A stretch of 64,000 nt of DNA from Eledone cirrhosa. Its lineage: Eukaryota. The translations under genes and the position numbers were made by a program. The stretch's first letter is position 1; every line of letters begins with the position of its first letter. Under the pieces are notes generated by a model. That model was not told the DNA's origin. It ran no database searches and was given only the letters and a program-made list of their open reading frames with translations. Location of the stretch: contig OZ024740.1 in the NCBI GenBank assembly GCA_964016885.1, forward strand, positions 297,538,001-297,602,000. The letters are read 5' to 3'. This document shows positions 58,111 through 64,000 of the stretch, piece by piece.

Positions 58111-58939
58111 ATATAGAATTTGCCTTTCTCCACCTTTCTTCTTCTCCATTTTTTTAATTTTAAACACCCTCTTACTTTTGTCTGTTTTTTCTTTCTTCCT
58201 ATTTCTTATTTTAAACTTTTTTTATATACTTTCATTATTGTATACTTCTATTCACGAATAAATTTGTCATTATTTTCGTTAAGCAGCAAAAGCAAGAGGG
58301 AGGCAGAAATACAATAAGTCAAAATAAATAAAAAGATTAAAAAAAAAACAAGGACGCAGTTAACCATGAAGCAATTAAATGTTTCTGTAGTTGAATCTTA
58401 TTGCTTTCATTGTCTGATAGATTACCCTCTTGTGTCATGGCAACATTAATAATCGAATTCTCATAATGCTCTTAGTCAAATAATATCAAACAATAGTTTT
58501 TTACCAACTTGTCTTAAGGAATTACAGTCGTTGGATGTTAGACATATTGTGAGGTACGTGGTGTTTTTAGTAGATTTCTTTTGTTGCTATGATTTAGTGA
58601 AGGCACGTTTTCTAGTAATTAGAGCGTTGGATTGTAATGTAGTGTGTTAGATTCCTGGATCAGGTTATGTGTTATTTTCTTGAGCAAAACAATTCATTTC
58701 ACGTTGCTCCAGTGTACTCAACTGAAGATTAAAACCAGCAGAAACTGAGGCATTAACTCTACGATTGATTGGCGTCTCATCAAGGGGAAGAGTTTAAACT
58801 CTCAGTCGCTTAACGCTAAAAAAAAAGGATAAACCCCAGCCTAATGAGCTTCCGGGCTTGAGACAAACTTTAGACTTTAGAGACTAAGATTTATCGAATC
58901 TAAATATGTTATGCTATATAGTCTACTGCTACAGAGCCG

Positions 58940-59200
58940 TGGTCAGCAGATCGTCAATAAAGATCTGCTAAACACGATGAAGAGGAGGAAGTTGAGGTGG
59001 TATGTAACAAGATCTGACAGACTCTCTAACACAATTCTCCAAGGAACAGAGTGGGCAAAGAGAAGCCGTGGCAGATAGAGTAAGCGGTGGAGAGACAGCA
59101 TAGCTGAGTGAACAGGAAAGAACTTTGCCACAACCCAAGCACTTGTCTATGGCTACCAGATGGCTACCAGATATGGAGGCTGTTAGTGAAGTGTTCAACT
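58940..59200 (+). mobile_element. RTE/BovB-like LINE remnant
   Basis: LLNTMKRRKLRWY...TILQG...RSRGR*SKRWRDSI. Confidence 0.65.
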
Positions 59201-59636
59201 CTACAGTGTTATAACTGGTAATACAACTGTTGTTGATTACGCAGGCAGTAATTGATAACACAGACAGTGGGAAGGTGTAAGTAAGGACGTGTATGCACGG
59301 AATGATAGAGAAGAGGAAACACAAGTATGTGGATTAGAATATGTGGAAGAGGGGTATGAAATGAGAAGAAAATTATTGAGGTAATCATGAACGGCAGACT
59401 GGCAAAATAAGAAGGAACCAAAAGAAACAGGCAGGCAAAGAAGCAGACAGAGAACTGCGTGAAAAAGGAGAAAGGGCGATAAAAAGTGGAGTGAACGGTA
59501 GTGAGATGGGAAAGAAATACTAGGAAGGGGAGGGGAATAACTGTTTCATCAGATTTATTGAATTGCTTTAGAAAGGTAGTTAATGTTGATGTATGCATAT
59601 ATGTATGTATATATAAATGTATGTATGTATGTATGT

Positions 59637-60175
59637 CAGGTCGCTCTCAAGGGCTACTGGTAACATGTAACCCAGTACAACCTGTCTCATGGTCGGGTCG
59701 TCGGCAACTAAACGGGCATACCCGCCAAGTTTGCTTGGTGAGGAGGGTTATACTTGGACACCTTGCGGGATGAAATACAAGACCTGGCAAAGGGCGGAGG
59801 AACTCAGCAGAGTCAACTGCAAGCAATCCAAATAGTACTTTTTTTTTACCTGGGATTGAAAGGCCCTAAGTTGTTGACACAACACCTTTCTAAGAGAAGG
59901 AAACTCTGAAAAAAAAAACCTGCGGCTTCGGAAGAATCCGATATGTTGACCAGTTCTCCTTTTCGCGTAGTGTTTTCAAGGCTCAGAGAGTGGGATTGGT
60001 CGAGTGCAAGGCCTTTCCCCACTTTAAAAAACCTTCAAAGCACAGGCATTCCTTGTTCAGTGTCTGTTACAGGTTCTTGTGGCTGGCCTTAGCCTAAAAA
60101 TGCACCATTTTCTGTAATCTGACAAGCGATTGCAATACTCTTAGCAGAGTTTGCAGCCATCATGTATGTATGTAT
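59637..60175 (+). mobile_element. Non-autonomous element with RTE-like 3' tail (relatives at 21775-22330 minus, 38783-39112 minus, 43136-43465 plus)
   Basis: Shared internal blocks (ggtgaggagggt...ttggaca; agagtgggattgg...gcacaggcatt); 3' end nearly identical to 36110-36156; embedded in (TATG)n. Confidence 0.65.
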
Positions 60176-60550
60176 GTATCTATCTATCCATGTATATAAT
60201 CTATGTATGTGTGTATGTATGCATTTATAAATGTATGTAAGGTATGTATGTAATGTATGTATGTGTATGTATGTGTGTTATGTATGTATGTGATCTATGT
60301 ATGTATGTGTGTATGCATGTAATGTAAAATATATATGTGTATATATGTAATGTATGTGGGTAGGTAGATAGGAAGGTAGTTATGAATGTAGGTAAGTAGT
60401 GGGCAGGTTGTGTCCAGCGGTAGCAACCAATAAAAGGTTGCCTGTCTCACTGACGTGCGGAACCCCATGAATAGAATTGAAAAGGAATGATTTATTTGTA
60501 CGGAAGGGTAAGGGGAAACGACACAAATATTTGGTTTCTAGGCCACATGC

Positions 60551-60907
60551 CTACTCTAGAATCCCAAATAACAGGGGTGGGATTAGCGGGGTAGTTGGAA
60601 AAATCGGTATTTTTTCTAGGCTGTCTCCGTTTATTTTTTACAAACCAGAATTAGTCGTTTAGGTTACATATTGGGACCCCAACCTAAGGTATGGGATTTT
60701 TTGTACGTACTATTTTGGGCATGTACAATGTTTTTTAATGTATAAAAAAAATTAATTGTCACAGGAATGCTAACACTTAAAATAAAATTTCGCCGGAGAT
60801 AGATAAGCAAAATTTAATATTGGGGGGGGGGTAAGAGTTGGAGGAGAGGGGTTCTCTGAAAAATTAATAAGCAGGGACGGAGGGCATTATTCGAGACTCG
60901 AGAGTAC
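60551..60907. mobile_element. MITE with short terminal inverted repeats (copies 44598-44943 and partial 63672-63815)
   Basis: tactct...tcccaaataa versus ttattcgagactcgagagta; shared interior cttaaaataaa(a/g)tttcgccggagatagat. Confidence 0.6.
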
Positions 60908-61649
60908 ATAATAGATTAGAGGATGAAGATTAACAAATGTGTGTATGGTACAGATGATTAGATAATATAAAGCAAAAGGAAGTCAGAATAGTCAAATAAA
61001 GGATAACAAACTAAAAAGTAACAAATAGATATGAAGATAAAAATTTGGATGCAGCATGACTGAGTAGTTAAGGAGCTCGCTTCCCAACCATTAGGTTCTG
61101 AGTTCGATTCCACTGCGTAAGGTCTTTGATAAGTGTCATTTACCATAGCCACGGGACGACCGATGTCGTATGAGTGAAATGGAGAAAATGAATCCTGTCG
61201 GTTATACATGCATGGTTTCGTAACTCCTGGGGGTAGGGCACCGTATTGGCATACGGCACTTCTGGGGCGTTTGTTAAAACTGGTGGAGCTGTTGAAACGG
61301 CAAGAACTGTTGAAACGGACCACGACTCATTATCATTCTGAGTTCAAATCCCGCCGAGGTTAACTTTACCTTTCATCCTTACGGGGTCGATAAAATAAAG
61401 TACCAGTAATGTACTAGGTAATTGCTGGTCTTGTGCCAATAGTAGAAACAATTATAATATATGGATTGGCAGTATCGGTAGAGGGTCTGACGCCATGCTT
61501 TGATGCATAGAGTTACGGCCCTTGCCATTCCGAGTTCAAATCCCACCGAGGTTAACTTTGCCTTTCATCCTTACGGGGTCGATGAATAAAGTACCAGTTA
61601 TGTACTGGGTAATTACTAGCCTTGTGCCAAAAGTAGAAACAATTATAAA

Positions 61650-61772
<123 letters not shown>

Positions 61773-61781
61773 CATATATAC

Positions 61782-61885
<104 letters not shown>

Positions 61886-61888
61886 GAG

Positions 61889-62005
<117 letters not shown>

Positions 62006-62142
62006 GAGGATGGAGGGATGGGGGAAAAGGGTGGAGAGAAATATATAAATAGATACATAAATATATAGGGAGAGGGATAGATAGATAGATATAAATTAAT
62101 CCTCTTAGCATGTATGTTTGTATATCGTTTCCTGTGACATAC

Positions 62143-62192
62143 TGTAATTTTCCAAAAACAGAGCCCAGGGGTGTGTTTCGTGTGCTGAAGTT
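62143..62192 (-). CDS. Candidate upstream exon of the chitin-binding gene ([17 protein letters not shown], phase 0 to 2)
   Basis: Acceptor tatttcAG, donor ACA|gtatgt; joins the 52264-52326 exon in frame. No homology support. Confidence 0.3.
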
Positions 62193-64000
62193 CTGAAATA
62201 CTCAAAAGACAGATGAGGAGTGATTTAAGAAAAGAGAAGGAAATAAGAGTCTAAGATAAAGAGAGAGATAGAGAGAGTGAGGAGGGAGAGAGGAGTGAAA
62301 AGATATTGATCAGCAGACAATGAGAGAATAAGGGGAGATAAGCAGTGATAGATGGAGATAAATAAAAAGAGGATGTACAAGGAACGATAGACAAAGAATA
62401 GAACTGAGAATGAGAGAAGTGAAAGAGTAAGAATCAGAAAGAGGGAGAGACAATGCGAGAAAGTGAGAGGCACATGGCGAGAAAGAAAGAGAGAGATATA
62501 GAGTGCGAGAGGGAGATGTACAGAGAGAGTGAGAGAGAGAGAGAGAACAAGATGGACAGAGGGAGAGAGAGAGAGATGGACATAGAGAGAGGGGGGGAGA
62601 TTGACAGAGAGAGAGAGGTGGGGGAGAGATTGACAGAGAGAGAGACTGAAAGTTGTAGGAAAGTAAAAGTCAACCATGTCACAAGAAGAAGACGAAGAAG
62701 AAGAAGAAGAAGAAAATTAATGATAACATCAACAGCAACAACAACAACAAACACAGAAAGACAAAACAATATCAACAATGTCAACGAGATAAATGGTTTC
62801 TTATATAGGCGCAAGGCCAACAATGTTGGGGGGGGGAGAGTCGATTAAATCCAGCCCAGTACATTACTGGTATTTTATTTTATCGACCCCGTAAGGATGA
62901 AAGGCAAAGTTAACCCCGGTGGGATTTGAACTCAGATCGTAAAGGGCCGTAACTCTGTGCTGCAAAGCGTGTTGCCTGACTCTCTACCGATACTGCCAAT
63001 CCGCTGCCCTTATCAACGAGATAAATGCCAACAACATGAACAAGCACAACAACAACAATAAGAGCAACATCACAAGGTCGTTACCCAAACTTTAACCTGT
63101 ATATTCCCCCACCCTTCTCTCAGTAATGAAACAAAGGAAAGAAAAAGGTGGAAGAAAAGGACGAAGAAAAGGATGACGGGCCACGGGTAAGATCTTCAGC
63201 TAACCTCGTTTATATCTAAGATGTTGCTGCTCCTTAAAAAAATGCCCCTTGGGTATGTCTTACCTGTTGTCCCTACCTATTAATTAAGTAGGTTCTTTGA
63301 TTAGAGATTAATGCGAAGTTGATATGGCAAGGTATGCACACACACACACACATACATACACACACACACACAAATACACACAAAAAACCACACACACACA
63401 CATGTACGCATACATAAATTTGTATATATAAATATACATATATAGATTACACAGAAGAGATACACACACACTCACATTCGCACCTACATGCATACTCACA
63501 CTCTCACACATATGTAGACTGAGACAATAAACATATATACAATTACGAACATGCTCATATATCCATATTCACAAAACCAACACCCAACAGTATACTCACT
63601 CGCTCATACTGACAAGCATGTTAGGACAGCACACCTGTACCAATATACTCATATATAGTTATAGTCATTGATGCTCTCGTCTCTCGAATAATAGCCCGCT
63701 CCGCCATTATTAATTTTGCACATTTCTTCCATCCCCGTCTATTCCATCCCGCTTATTAAATTTTGCTAATCTATCTCCAGCGAAATTTTATTTTAAGTGT
63801 TAACATTCCTGCGACAATTGGTTTCTAATTTAGGTACAAGGCCAGCAATTTGATGGGATGGGGAAGTCAATTTAATTAGCCCCAGTGTGTTTGTTACTGA
63901 TACCTTATTTTATCGACACCGTAAGGATGAAAAGCATAGCTAACGTGGGCGGGATTTGATCCCAAGTTTCTTTATAAATAATTGTTTCTACTTTTGGTAC

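Overview
Eukaryotic, AT-rich, microsatellite-dense DNA, most likely from an octopod cephalopod (inferred from an abundant octopus-type tRNA-derived SINE). Nearly the whole window is one spliced minus-strand gene that the ORF track fragments. I reconstructed about 14 exons by hand from GT-AG sites and phase. The predicted protein (~1,700 aa from the 45.5 kb exon on) has three CBM14/peritrophin-A-like chitin-binding modules, a ~1,180-aa Gly/Ser/Thr repeat (one 3.5-kb exon) and two more chitin-binding modules. The modules share an unusual cysteine pattern, and up to three 1-nt deletions interrupt the model (assembly error or pseudogene). The introns hold at least eight unrelated short elements carrying type I hammerhead ribozymes, mostly as inverted repeats in (TA)n tracts. 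One is a ~590-bp tandem unit with a U3-A8 variant core (Penelope pLTR or retrozyme-like). Also present: SINEs, decayed CRE, R4/Dong, RTE and CR1/L2-like LINEs, a Sola2-like DNA transposon remnant, MITEs, 28S rRNA and U2 snRNA fragments, and a 114-bp satellite. All calls are by eye; no searches were run.
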